A DNA stretch of 64,000 nt from Planctomycetota bacterium (GTDB lineage Bacteria; Planctomycetota; PLA2; JAEUHO01): contig CBDCWP010000013.1 of NCBI GenBank assembly GCA_965223505.1, positions 96,001 through 160,000 of the forward strand. The letters run 5' to 3'. Positions within the stretch are counted from its first letter, which is position 1; each line of letters opens with the position of its first letter. Positions 11,186-21,314 of the stretch are shown here, one piece after another. A model generated the notes under the pieces. That model made no database searches. It was given only the letters and a program-made list of their open reading frames with translations, and was not told the DNA's origin. A program made the position numbers and the translations under genes.

Positions 11186-12256
11186 ATGCGCACCCACAAA
11201 ATTGCCGCCATTCCCGGCGACGGCATCGGCAAGGAAGTGATCTCCGCTGGCCTGGAAGTCCTGGCCGCCCTGGCTCAGCATAGCGGCGAGTTCGAACTCG
11301 ACATCCAGCATTTTGATTGGGGATCGGACCGCTACAAAACCCAGGGCGCGCTGATGCCCGAAGACGGCGCCGACCAGCTCAAAGCCTTTGACGCCATTTT
11401 ATTTGGGGCCGTGGGGGCGCCCGACGTGCCCGATCATCTCACCTTGTGGGGCTTGCGCCTGGCCATTTGCCAGAGCCTCGATCAATACGCCAACGTCAGA
11501 CCGACGCGTATCCTGCCGGGCATCACCAGCCCGTTGCGCCACGCCACAGCGCAAAATCTCGACTGGGTTATCGTGCGCGAAAACTCCGAGGGCGAATACG
11601 CCGGCCAGGGTGGGCGCTCGCACCGCGGCTTGCCGGAGGAAGTCGCCACCGAGGTCTCGATTTTTACGCGCAGCGGCGTCGAGCGCATTATGCGTTTCGC
11701 CTTCGAACTGGCGCGCTCGCGTCCCCGCAAACAACTCACCGTGGTCACCAAGTCAAACGCCCAGCGCCACGGCATGGTGATGTGGGACGACATCGCCGCG
11801 CAAGTGGCGGCAGCCTATCCCGATGTCACGTGGGACAAGATGCTAGTCGACGCCATGACCGTGCGCATGACCATGAAGCCCGAGACCATTGATACGGTGG
11901 TGGCGACCAATCTGCACGCGGATATTCTGTCCGACCTGGCCGCAGCGCTAGCGGGCTCGATTGGCATCGCCCCGACCGCGAACGTCAACCCGGAGCGCCA
12001 TTACCCGTCTATGTTCGAGCCCATTCATGGCTCGGCCTTCGACATTACGGGCAAGGGCGTGGCCAATCCCATTGGGACATTCTGGAGCGCAGTGATGATG
12101 CTGGAGCATCTCGGCGAGACGTCTGCGGCGGCTTCCCTGATGCAGGGGATTGAGCAGGTCACGGCCGACGCCTCGCTGCATACGCCCGATCTGGGCGGCG
12201 ACGCCACGACTTACGCCGTTACGGATGCAGTGGTCAGCGCCGTCAATCGCATGTAA
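11186..12256 (+). CDS. Tartrate dehydrogenase / D-malate dehydrogenase (decarboxylating), IDH/IPMDH family
   Basis: IAAIPGDGIGKEV, PDHLTLWGL, VRENSEGEY, TKSNA, SMFEPIHGSAFDI. Confidence 0.92.
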   Translation: MRTHKIAAIPGDGIGKEVISAGLEVLAALAQHSGEFELDIQHFDWGSDRYKTQGALMPEDGADQLKAFDAILFGAVGAPDVPDHLTLWGLRLAICQSLDQYANVRPTRILPGITSPLRHATAQNLDWVIVRENSEGEYAGQGGRSHRGLPEEVATEVSIFTRSGVERIMRFAFELARSRPRKQLTVVTKSNAQRHGMVMWDDIAAQVAAAYPDVTWDKMLVDAMTVRMTMKPETIDTVVATNLHADILSDLAAALAGSIGIAPTANVNPERHYPSMFEPIHGSAFDITGKGVANPIGTFWSAVMMLEHLGETSAAASLMQGIEQVTADASLHTPDLGGDATTYAVTDAVVSAVNRM

Positions 12257-12277
12257 TCTTGAAAGGTATACAAGGGA

Positions 12278-13114
12278 ATGGAGACGAACGCTTTCGATGC
12301 GCATGCCTTTAGCGCTTTTGAGCATGAGGGCTGGAATAGCCTTGCGGAAACCTATCAAGGCGCTATTGCGTTAATGACGAGACAAGCTACCGAGTCTCTA
12401 CTCGATGCAGCAGGGGTTGCCCAGGGGAAACACACGCTGGATATCGCCTGTGGGCCGGGGTTTATGACCGCAGCCGCCAAGCAACGCCAAGCAGAGGCGG
12501 TGGGGCTGGATTTCTCGGAAGAGATGGTGCGGCTTGCGCAACGTGAATACCCCGACGTCCTTTTTCGTCAGGGAGATGCAGAGGCAATTCCCTTTCAAGA
12601 TGCCTCGTTTGATGCCGTTATTTGTGGGTTTGACATCTTGCATTTCCCGCATCCTGAGCAGGCCGTCCAGGAGGCCTATCGCATCCTACGACCAGGGGGA
12701 AAACTCGCTTTTACCTGCTGGCTTCCACCCGCGAAATCCCCTCTCTACGCTTTGGTTTTTGGTGCGCTTCAAGCTCATGTCGATCCTGCAACGCCCGTCC
12801 CGCCTGGGCCCGATATGTTTCATTATGGAAACGAAAAGCATTGTCACGAGACATTAGACCAAATCGGTTTTACAGAGATAGAGACTCAAGAACTCCCCAT
12901 CATAGCGAGACTCGAACGGGCTGAGGATGTGGTGCGGGTTTTTCGTGAAGGTGCAGCGAGATTTTATGGTGTCTTTGAACGCCAGACAGAAGCTATTCAG
13001 AATCGTATTGTGCAGCAAATTACGGAAGACGCCACGGCTTATCAGCAAGGCGGGAATATTCAAATCCCCGCCCCCGCCTTGCTTGTCGACGCCAAGAAAC
13101 CCATCAATGTCTAG
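12278..13114 (+). CDS. Class I SAM-dependent methyltransferase (UbiE-like)
   Basis: LDIACGPG, GDAEAIPF, RILRPGG. Confidence 0.88.
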   Translation: METNAFDAHAFSAFEHEGWNSLAETYQGAIALMTRQATESLLDAAGVAQGKHTLDIACGPGFMTAAAKQRQAEAVGLDFSEEMVRLAQREYPDVLFRQGDAEAIPFQDASFDAVICGFDILHFPHPEQAVQEAYRILRPGGKLAFTCWLPPAKSPLYALVFGALQAHVDPATPVPPGPDMFHYGNEKHCHETLDQIGFTEIETQELPIIARLERAEDVVRVFREGAARFYGVFERQTEAIQNRIVQQITEDATAYQQGGNIQIPAPALLVDAKKPINV

Positions 13115-13551
13115 GCGCGCATCTCAGACGGATCAACACGTGGTGTTAGGAGAGGCGCCTCTCCGGGATCGGATGGCGGCGCCGGCCATTGGTTTTCAAA
13201 CTCCATGGACGCGATGCTTACCACGGGGCCGCGGCGATTGTCTCAGAAGCCAGCATTCGGCCTGCCTCAACTACGGCAACGCCGCAAAGGGGCGCGTCGC
13301 GATCCGATCCACATGGCCTACGCCCCCTAGCCAGTCCCCAAACTCGTGGCGTTATCTAGACGCATGATGTCTCTGGAAAGCCAAGCGCAAGCTGATTAAC
13401 TTGACAGCATCGGGCGCCAAACCTTACAGTAAAAAGACACTACTAGCGATGCATATTCTACGCATGCTCGCCAGACTTGCGTCGCTGTCCATAGATTTTT
13501 ACCGAGACGTTATACCGACATATCACTTCACGCACATATAAGGAATACCGA

Positions 13552-14964
13552 ATGACGCAACCCGGTACGGAGACGAATCCCCTGCGCGTCGCCATCATTG
13601 GGGCGGGGCCCAGCGGTTTTTATGTGGCCGAGCATCTGCTGCAACAACAAGATGCCGTCGTTGAAATTGATTTATTCGATCGCCTGCCAACGCCCTACGG
13701 CCTGGTGCGCGGCGGCGTCGCCCCGGATCACCAAAAGATTAAATCCGTCACCCGAACTTACGAAAAAACCGCGCAAAACCCGCGCGTGCGCTTTTACGGC
13801 GGGGTGGAATTCGGCTCGCATATGCCCCTCTCCCTGTGCCGTCACTTGTACCATCAAATCGTCTACACCACCGGGGCGCAAACCGACCGGCAGATGGGCA
13901 TTCCGGGCGAAGATCTGCTGGGCAGCCACCCGGCCACGGCGTTTGTCGCCTGGTACAATGGGCATCCGGATTTTCGCGACTTGACGTTTGACTTTTCCCA
14001 TCCCTGCGCCGCGGTGGTCGGCGTGGGTAATGTGGCGGTGGACGTGGCGCGCATTTTGTGCCGCACAACGGACGAATTAGCCAAGACGGACATCGCCGAT
14101 TACGCCCTGGAAGCTTTGAGTGAAAGCAAGATCAAGGAAGTGCATATGCTCGGGCGCCGCGGGCCAGCGCAGGCCGCCTTTACCAACCCGGAGCTGCGGG
14201 AACTGGGCGAATTGGCCGGCGCCGATGTCTCGACGCCGCCCGACGAGGCGACGCTCGATCCCTTGAGCCAAGCGGCGTTGGAGGCTGGCGAGGATCGCGG
14301 CATGGCGCGTAAAGTGGCGATGATTAGCGACTATGCGCAGCGCGAATTAACTGGCAAAGCGCGCAAGCTGGTCCTCCGGTTTCTCGTCTCGCCTACGGAA
14401 CTCTACGGCGACGACGCCAATCAACTGACCGGCATGCGCTTGGTCCACAATGAGCTGTACGCCACAGACGACGGCAGCTTGCGGCCCCGCGCCACGGACC
14501 GGACGGAAGACCTCCCGGTCGGCCTGGTGTTTCGCTCCGTCGGCTATCAAGGCGTGCCGTTGCCGGACGTGCCGTTTGATACGCGCCGCTACACGATCCC
14601 GAACGACAAGGGCCGGGTGCTCGACCCTGAAACCAGCCAGCACGTGCTGGGCGAGTATGTCGCGGGCTGGATCAAGCGCGGCCCCTCGGGCGTCATCGGC
14701 ACCAATAAGCCCGACGCCTTGGAAACGGTGCGCTGCATGCTGGAGGATCTGCAAAGCGGCCAGGTCTTGTGTCCCAATGCGCCGTCGCCGGAAGAGGCGG
14801 CGCGGCAGATTCGCGAGCAACAGCCCCGGTTCGTGTCGTTTGACGATTGGCTGCGGCTCGACGCCATGGAGGTCGAGCAGGGCAAGCTGGCTGGCCGGCC
14901 GCGCGTTAAGTTTACGCGTGTGAGCGATATGCTGGCGGCCCTCAACGGCTCGTCAGTGAGCTAG
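13552..14964 (+). CDS. Ferredoxin/adrenodoxin-NADP+ reductase (FprA-like)
   Basis: VAIIGAGPSGFY, GLVRGGVAPDH, FVAWYNGHP, GVGNVAVDVAR, GRRGP, GWIKRGPSGVIGTN. Confidence 0.92.
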   Translation: MTQPGTETNPLRVAIIGAGPSGFYVAEHLLQQQDAVVEIDLFDRLPTPYGLVRGGVAPDHQKIKSVTRTYEKTAQNPRVRFYGGVEFGSHMPLSLCRHLYHQIVYTTGAQTDRQMGIPGEDLLGSHPATAFVAWYNGHPDFRDLTFDFSHPCAAVVGVGNVAVDVARILCRTTDELAKTDIADYALEALSESKIKEVHMLGRRGPAQAAFTNPELRELGELAGADVSTPPDEATLDPLSQAALEAGEDRGMARKVAMISDYAQRELTGKARKLVLRFLVSPTELYGDDANQLTGMRLVHNELYATDDGSLRPRATDRTEDLPVGLVFRSVGYQGVPLPDVPFDTRRYTIPNDKGRVLDPETSQHVLGEYVAGWIKRGPSGVIGTNKPDALETVRCMLEDLQSGQVLCPNAPSPEEAARQIREQQPRFVSFDDWLRLDAMEVEQGKLAGRPRVKFTRVSDMLAALNGSSVS

Positions 14965-15188
14965 ACGACATATCCCCCCATCCGGCCTCGCCCGTTCATT
15001 ACGCAAGCGGCGCGAGGCCGCCACCATGATCTTTGCTTCTCTCTCTGCGCCAGTGATCTTATCCGCAAGACATTCCCCCATCGAATTCTTACAACTGAGA
15101 TGCCCCCCGAGGCCGTTTTGCCCCGCTGACGGTGTGAGCCCCGTCACAGGCCTGGATATTTCTTGAAATTCGTCCCCCACATCCACTG

Positions 15189-15204
15189 TGGCACGCGAAT
15201 TGCT
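15189..15204 (+). promoter_or_regulatory. sigma54 -24/-12 promoter motif
   Basis: TGGCACGCGAATTGCT, near-consensus, about 75 bp upstream of ORF 15280. Confidence 0.7.
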
Positions 15205-15279
15205 CAAATAACGATTCAAATTGATTTTTTCAACTTCATATATTGATATTTGTTGACCACAGAGAGAGAGTAGAACATC

Positions 15280-15633
15280 ATGATTCCCAAACCGCTTTTT
15301 CAAGCTTCCCATATTATCAAGCAGCTCGAAGCGCACGTATGCCAAATCCGAGTTGAAGAGCATGCCCTTGTCATCCACGATCCCAAAAAGCTGCTGACGA
15401 CCGAACTCCGCGATCAAGTCAAACAACACAAATTATCCATTCTCGCCATGCTCATGCGCGGCGCCCTGTTGCGCCTGGTGCAGGTGCTCGACATGTCGCA
15501 GCCCGAAATTCCCGTGGGGATTAAAGACGAATACGCCGCCGCCTTGCTGTCGGCCATTCGCATGGTCGGCGATCCCTGGGACGGCGACGACGACGGCGAC
15601 GGCAGTATTGATTTGTGGACCGAAGAAGAATGA
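15280..15633 (+). CDS. Hypothetical protein with TubC N-terminal docking-domain-like N-terminus and acidic tail
   Basis: IIKQLEAHVCQIRVEEHALVIHDPKKLLTTELRDQVKQHKLSILAML matches the TubC_N pattern by eye; has its own sigma54 motif. Confidence 0.6.
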   Translation: MIPKPLFQASHIIKQLEAHVCQIRVEEHALVIHDPKKLLTTELRDQVKQHKLSILAMLMRGALLRLVQVLDMSQPEIPVGIKDEYAAALLSAIRMVGDPWDGDDDGDGSIDLWTEEE

Positions 15634-15652
15634 TAACGCTTTTATTTTTTTG

Positions 15653-16960
15653 CTATGCGCCCACCGCAGGTTGGTATTTGAGTGAATAGCGCCGCTCTTG
15701 CACGGCCCAACTCACAGCGCTCGCCAACAGCAACAAGATAATGACAGCGACAAACACCGCGTGGTAAGACCCCCTCACGTCGAAGAGTCGGCCGGCGAGA
15801 TACGTACTCGCCGCCCCGCCGATCTGGTGGCTTAAAAACACGAAGCCCACCAGCGTGCCCATGTGTCGCAGGCCATAGATTTCGCCAGTCAGGGCAATCG
15901 TCAGAGGCACGGATGAAGACCATGACAGCCCGGCCACCATGGCGAAGCCGTAGAGCATCCAGGGCGTGTCGGCGACCAAGAGCACGGCGATGGCCAGCGC
16001 GCGAACGAAGTAGATCGTCGCCAGGGGGATTTTGCGGCCGATGCGATCCGAGATCATGCCGCCCAACAGCAATCCTACGATGTTAAAACCGCCCAACAGC
16101 CCCAGGGCTGTGGCCGCGACGTTGGGGGCAATGCCGCGATCCGTGACATAGGACACGAAGTGGGTCTGCACCATGACCAGGGAGCAGCCGCAGACGAAAA
16201 AGCCGCTGACTAAAAACCAAAAGGGGCGCGAGGCGAACACCCCATGCCACTGCTCGGGCTCTAGAGGGGCCCGCGCCGGGGGCTTTGCCGCCGCTGCCGG
16301 CTGCTCCGTGGGCGAGGGTGGATCGCCGTCGGGTAACAGACCCATCTCTTGCGGCGTGTTGCGCAGAATAAGCGCGGCGATCGGTAAGGCCACCGCCAGA
16401 ACCAGAGCGCCCAAGACGAGATAGGCCATACGCCAACTGGTTTGCATCATGAGCATCATGCTCGCCGGAATGAGCAGCAGTTGACCCACCGAGCCGCCAG
16501 CGTTGCTAATAGCCAGGACGCGGCCGCGCAGCCGCACGAACCAACGCGAATTGAGGGTGCTGTTGGGAATCCCTCCAGCGCAACTCGTGCCTAGGGCGAA
16601 CAGAATGCCGTATACCCCAGTGAGGTACCAAATATTGGGTGTGCGCGACACGGCCAGGCAACTGAGCGCCAGCATGGCGACGCCAATGGTGATGAGACGG
16701 CGCGGCCCATAGCGATCGACCAGGCGTCCCACAATGGGCTGAAAGATGCCGCTCATCAGCGTTGCCACAGCGATCGGCAGGGTGGCTGTGGCCCGATCCC
16801 AACCGAACTCAGCGCTTATCGGCTTGATAAAATTGCCAAAGCTCCCCTGGATGCCCTGGGCGAAAAAGGCGAGCAAAAACGACGTGCCGAGAATCATCCA
16901 TCCATAGAAAAAGGCCGGCTCGCGGCTTGCCGCCGCGCCAGGCGTGGTCGAGCGTTTCAT
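15653..16960 (-). CDS. MFS transporter (MCT/OFA-like, 12 TM)
   Basis: FFYGW start, GRLVDRYGPRR and SDRIGRK motif A. Confidence 0.9.
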   Translation of the reverse strand: MKRSTTPGAAASREPAFFYGWMILGTSFLLAFFAQGIQGSFGNFIKPISAEFGWDRATATLPIAVATLMSGIFQPIVGRLVDRYGPRRLITIGVAMLALSCLAVSRTPNIWYLTGVYGILFALGTSCAGGIPNSTLNSRWFVRLRGRVLAISNAGGSVGQLLLIPASMMLMMQTSWRMAYLVLGALVLAVALPIAALILRNTPQEMGLLPDGDPPSPTEQPAAAAKPPARAPLEPEQWHGVFASRPFWFLVSGFFVCGCSLVMVQTHFVSYVTDRGIAPNVAATALGLLGGFNIVGLLLGGMISDRIGRKIPLATIYFVRALAIAVLLVADTPWMLYGFAMVAGLSWSSSVPLTIALTGEIYGLRHMGTLVGFVFLSHQIGGAASTYLAGRLFDVRGSYHAVFVAVIILLLLASAVSWAVQERRYSLKYQPAVGA

Positions 16961-17025
16961 CCAGGGGGTCCTTCATTTAGGCAATTAAGCGCTTCAGGTT
17001 ATCGATGTACAACTTCACAACAAGC

Positions 17026-18438
17026 CTACGCCCACCACTCGGGCGGATGCAGATTATGCCAATCAGTAGCGCGTTCGTAGGCGTCGCCGGCCTGCACCAA
17101 CAACGGCTCGGCCAAGGCGTGGCCGGTCAATTGCAACGACAGCGGCACACCTGCTTCGGAGAGGCCGCAGGGCAGGGAAATCGTCGGCAAGCCGGCAAAA
17201 TCCATCGGCACGGTATAGCGCGACTGCCACGGATCGCGGTCCGGCGGCATGGGGCCGTAGGCCTGTTCGAGGGTGTAGGGATAGGCGGCCTGCGACGTCG
17301 AGGGGCAGGCGAACAGATCGAGATCGCGCATCATCAACCGCAGTTCGCCCACGCAGGCGGCGCGCAGGTTGTTGGCCTGGGCGTAATCAGCTCCCGTGAC
17401 GGCGGCGCCGCGTTCTAGCCAGCCGCGAAACCAGGGGCCGTAGACCTCGGCGCGACTCGGATAGGTGTCGCGGTGCGCATTGAGCGCCTCGCTGGTGCAG
17501 AGAGTCGGCCAGGCGGCGAGGTATTCCAGCAGGCGAGCGGGCATCGACACGGGGACAATGACGGCCCCGAGGCCCTCCAGCACCCGCACGCCCTCGACCA
17601 CAGCCTGGGCGAAATCGGGCGCCATGTCGCGGGTGGCGTAGGCTTCGTCCCAGCCGATGCGCAGGCCGCGCACACCCTGACCCACTCCGGCCAGCATGTC
17701 GGGAACCGGATCGGGCAGTGAGGTCGGGTCGTTGGGGTCGAGGCCGGCGATGGCCTGCAGCACGATGCCCGCGTCGGCGCTGCTGCGCGTCAACGGCCCG
17801 ACGTGATCGAGCGATTCCGCCAAGTCCAAGACGCCGTAGCGGCTCACCCGGCCCCAAGTCGGCTTTAAGCCCACGGTTCCGCAAACTGCAGCCGGGTGGC
17901 GAATCGAGCCGCCCGTGTCGCTGCCTAGCGTGCCGTAGGCCAGCCCCGCCGCTGTGGCCGCCCCCGAACCGCTCGACGACGCCCCAGGCCAGTGGCTGGC
18001 TTTCCAGGGATTTTCCGGCACTTGCAAGGCCGGGTTGTAGCCCGCCATGGCGCCTTCGGTCGTGTTCAGCTTGCCGAGCAGCACGGCGCCGGCGTCTTGC
18101 AGGCGCTGCACCACCGTGGCGTTGAAACTGGGCACGAGATCGGCGTTGACGGCGCTGCCACCCATAGTGCGCACGCCCGCCGTGAAACACAGGTCCTTGA
18201 CCGCCACCGGCACGCCGTGCAGCGGTCCGCGGTAGGCGCCGGCGACGATGTCGCGCTCGGCGGCGCGCGCCTGCGCCATGGCCTGCTCAGCCATGACGGT
18301 GGCGTAGGCGCGCAGGCGGCCGTCGACCGCTTCGATGCGCCGTAACATCGCCTCGGTGACCTCCACCGGCGACAGCGCCTTGGATTCAAGCAGCGGCGCC
18401 AGTTCGGTAATGGTGTGGTAATGCAGTGCCTCGCTCAT
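17026..18438 (-). CDS. Amidase (amidase-signature family)
   Basis: GPLHGVPVAVKD, GASSSGSG, GSDTGGSIRHPA, GLKPTWGRVS. Confidence 0.93.
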   Translation of the reverse strand: MSEALHYHTITELAPLLESKALSPVEVTEAMLRRIEAVDGRLRAYATVMAEQAMAQARAAERDIVAGAYRGPLHGVPVAVKDLCFTAGVRTMGGSAVNADLVPSFNATVVQRLQDAGAVLLGKLNTTEGAMAGYNPALQVPENPWKASHWPGASSSGSGAATAAGLAYGTLGSDTGGSIRHPAAVCGTVGLKPTWGRVSRYGVLDLAESLDHVGPLTRSSADAGIVLQAIAGLDPNDPTSLPDPVPDMLAGVGQGVRGLRIGWDEAYATRDMAPDFAQAVVEGVRVLEGLGAVIVPVSMPARLLEYLAAWPTLCTSEALNAHRDTYPSRAEVYGPWFRGWLERGAAVTGADYAQANNLRAACVGELRLMMRDLDLFACPSTSQAAYPYTLEQAYGPMPPDRDPWQSRYTVPMDFAGLPTISLPCGLSEAGVPLSLQLTGHALAEPLLVQAGDAYERATDWHNLHPPEWWA

Positions 18439-18657
18439 GTGATGCCCTCGTTTTGCATACAGGTGGCCGATCGCGCGCGGAAATTCAGGCTATATCCTAT
18501 CACCATCGCAGCGCCAGAGATAGATGCCGCCGTTTTTTTGCCGGGCCGTCACGGCCATTTACACACGCCTCGCCACGTAAAATCCTCTTGTAAAGCAACG
18601 AGCCTAGGTGTAAGGTGAGAAGGTGACAAGCGCTTAAAGAACACGTTGGTTGGCTCT

Positions 18658-18700
18658 CGGAGCAACACAGACCGGAGTAACACAGACCGGAGAACCCAGA
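18658..18700 (+). repeat. 15-bp tandem repeat (CGGAGYAACACAGAC, about 2.9 copies) in a 5' leader
   Basis: cggagcaacacagac / cggagtaacacagac / cggagaacccaga directly before the RBS of gene 18712. Confidence 0.8.
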
Positions 18701-18711
18701 AAGGGTAAACT

Positions 18712-20165
18712 ATGCATCGGCGCGTCCAGTTTGCTGACGACATCGAGCCTTTAGTGCAGTTTATCGAGGAAACCGATCCGAGCGACATCGTCGACCAGCC
18801 CTGGCCAAATTGCGCAGCGGCGTCGCGCCGCGCACCATGCTCACCGCCGCGGCCCTGGCCGTCACCCGCTCCTCGGACATCCCGCCCGGCCACCACGGCG
18901 GCCCCTTGCACCCGCTGGTGGGCATTCACGCCCTGCATCATCTGGTCGAGCGCCTCGACGGCGAAAATCGCTTCTTGCCCATTCTCCAACACACCGCCTT
19001 GTGCAATAAACACATCCACGATCTCGCCACGGGGCCGTACGTGATGTTGGACATCGAGCCCTATGACGCAGGCGGCGTCGAGGCGACGAAAGAGGCGTTT
19101 CTCAGGGCGGCGAGCCGTGGCGAGTCGCATAAGGCCGACCACTGCATTCTTGGGTTGTGGGATCAGATGCCGGCGATTGAAGTTCTCGATCTGCTGCTGT
19201 CGGTCGCCATTCCCAAAAACGTCCTGGACGATCACTACTTTGTCTTTCCGGGCTACACCTGGCGCGCCGTTGAAGTGCTGGGACGAGAGTACCTGCCGAT
19301 TTTGATGCGGCCGGTGGCGCGGTACACGGCGCGCTACCCCATCGCGCCTGGCGTTCCCGAGCTCGATGCGCTGATCGATGAGTACGACCTGATGAACCGT
19401 TCGTTGCGTCACCAGACCGGCGACGATGAGACCGAGACGATCGGTAGTGTGGGCCGCTTCATCTCTGAATGCACCACCTTTTCCGACATTCCGGTGGCGA
19501 TCGCCAAGGCCCTGGCTGACGGCCTGTCGATGCAGGGCGCCGGCGAGGCGTTGTCGATTGGGGCGGCGGGCCTGTTTACGCGCTCGCTCACTGGCAACCC
19601 GATGGACGTGCACTTGCACACGAGCGTCAACCTGCGCCGCTACTTGGTGGATTTGGACGGTTTGAGCCTGCGCAACAAGCTGCTGTGCCTGCTGATGTGG
19701 CACACCGGCCCGGAGGTGCGCTCCACGCAGCGGCGCCTGGAAGCCTCGTCGCAGCCCGATCTCGACGCCGCCGCAGCGCTGCCGTATCACACGCAAGATG
19801 AGCTGTTGGACCTCATGACGGAGAAGATCTACGAGCAGCCGCCGATCGACTGGGCTGGCGCGGCCAATCTCGGCCAAGTGCGAGCGGCCCCGGAAGTGAA
19901 GGCGGTGTTGCATCTGGCGCAGCAGTACGTCAACAACGGCTACGACGCCAATGCCTTCATCGGACGTCTGGCCGAGATCGTCTGCCACGACAACTTCACC
20001 GAGATGCACGCCTTCAAGCACCATCAAGCGGTGATCGAGGAATTCCACAACACGCGCGAGCCCTGGCGCTGGACCCATCTGGTAGCCGGCGCGCAGGCTT
20101 CGGCGATTTCGTTCGGTAAGAATATGGAAGTGTACGAAGAGGCGATTGAGTTGTTGCACGCCTAA
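18712..20165 (+). CDS. Conserved hypothetical His-rich helical protein (about 484 aa), split by a single-base frameshift near 18797
   Basis: ORF 18712 N-terminus (MHRRVQFADDIEPLVQFIEETDP) joins ORF 18810..20165 if one base is added; strong coding-like codon usage. Confidence 0.75.
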
Positions 20166-20172
20166 GCTGTAA

Positions 20173-20220
20173 CGCGCTGCGAGCCATGCTCTCGGGCGTG
20201 GCTCGCAGCGCGGTCTTTAT
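20173..20220 (+). terminator. Intrinsic terminator-like hairpin
   Basis: cgcgctgcgagccatgc / gcgtggctcgcagcgcg stem followed by a T-rich tract just after the stop at 20165. Confidence 0.75.
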
Positions 20221-20280
20221 TCCATTCTATAGAATTTGCTCGATATCCCTCAGCAGGTCGCTAGACACAGAAGAGATGCA

Positions 20281-20745
20281 ATGAGACGTCACTGTAAGAT
20301 GCTTCTGGCGATCTGCGTGGGGCATGCCATCACCGCCCTGGCCCAAACGCCAGCCAACCTAGTGACGTCACATCAAACGCGCGTCGCCGCAAGCGGTTAC
20401 ACGCAAATTGACTTTACCCTGCGCGACATTCCCGAGCAGGCCATGCTGTCGTTTGGCGTGCGCTTTGAGCATCGGTTCGTTTGAGCCCGCACCTACCGAC
20501 CGGCCCAGGTGCGGATCGGCGGCGAACGCGTGGTTGAGATTGAGCCCGATGTCTATACGGATTCCGCGCATCCCGAGCATTCCGGCGAATTGCGCTCGTA
20601 TCGAGTGCCGGTGCCGGCTCAGGCCCTAGCCCACTTCCGGCAGGGCAACAAGATGTGGGTGCGGTTTTATCCGGGCGGTTGCCAGTTCGGCCCGGATAAG
20701 ATTCTGGGCGTCGAGCACTTCGCCATTGCCGCCAGAGCCTCATAG
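20281..20745 (+). CDS. Secreted hypothetical protein with in-frame TGA at 20482-20484 (candidate selenoprotein, or pseudogene/sequence error)
   Basis: ORF-track pieces 20236..20484 and 20509..20745 share one frame, separated only by TGA; signal-peptide-like N-terminus (MRRHCKMLLAICVGHAITALA); hairpin 11 nt after the TGA. Confidence 0.55.
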
Positions 20746-20823
20746 CTATTGGCCTCGTCTCTGCCAGCATAGCCATGTCGAGCAGTTCAACAACCCCAGG
20801 TTTCGGGCTCCCAAGGTGGGCGA

Positions 20824-21177
20824 TCAGCTCTCAAGCTGATCCCGTTTCGCTTCTAGCATTCTCAACACCGCGTCTCGAATCATCGGGCGCACGTGGTTGG
20901 CGAGACCGGGCAGCTCTCTACCTTCCTGCATGGCCGCAGCGATGTCTTCCAGCAATTCCGGCGTCGCCATCGAATACCACAGGCGATCAGGCATGACCAC
21001 CATGTTGGGGCCGACATCACAGGCGCCAAAACAAAGATACCGCTTGATCTGTAAGGTCTCGTCGTCGGCCAATAGCTGCCGCAATTGCTCCATGAGTTCA
21101 GGCGAGCCATTGCGGTGACAATTAATCCCCAAGCAAACCACGACATCGCGTTTCGCGTTCTCAGCTTCTTCACTCAT
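20824..21177 (-). CDS. Thioredoxin-like [2Fe-2S] ferredoxin
   Basis: VVVCLGINCHRNGS...CFGACDVGPNMVV.PDRLWY. Confidence 0.88.
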   Translation of the reverse strand: MSEEAENAKRDVVVCLGINCHRNGSPELMEQLRQLLADDETLQIKRYLCFGACDVGPNMVVMPDRLWYSMATPELLEDIAAAMQEGRELPGLANHVRPMIRDAVLRMLEAKRDQLES

Positions 21178-21314
21178 ATTGGCGTCACTCTCTTCAGGCT
21201 TAAGGTTAGGTTAAAGACCCTTGCCAGCAGCGATCAAAAACGGCTATAGTTCGTGCGATATCGCATGCCAACCTCATACGTCAAGTATCATACCGAGGCG
21301 CTAACGGAACCATC

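Noticed and set aside
13160..13320. Possible riboswitch or ncRNA (ggatcggat/atccgatcc inverted repeat, GCAAA hairpin)
   Set aside because: Does not match the c-di-GMP-I or another Rfam consensus by eye; an Infernal scan would be needed.
18658..18700. Short repeats here and at 60773 as CRISPR arrays
   Set aside because: Head-to-tail 15-mers without unique spacers; no cas genes.
18549..20159. 536-aa minus-strand ORF, and similar long antisense ORFs (2458..3474, 5911..6753, 29109..30056)
   Set aside because: Shadow ORFs opposite well-supported high-GC genes, with no recognisable motifs.
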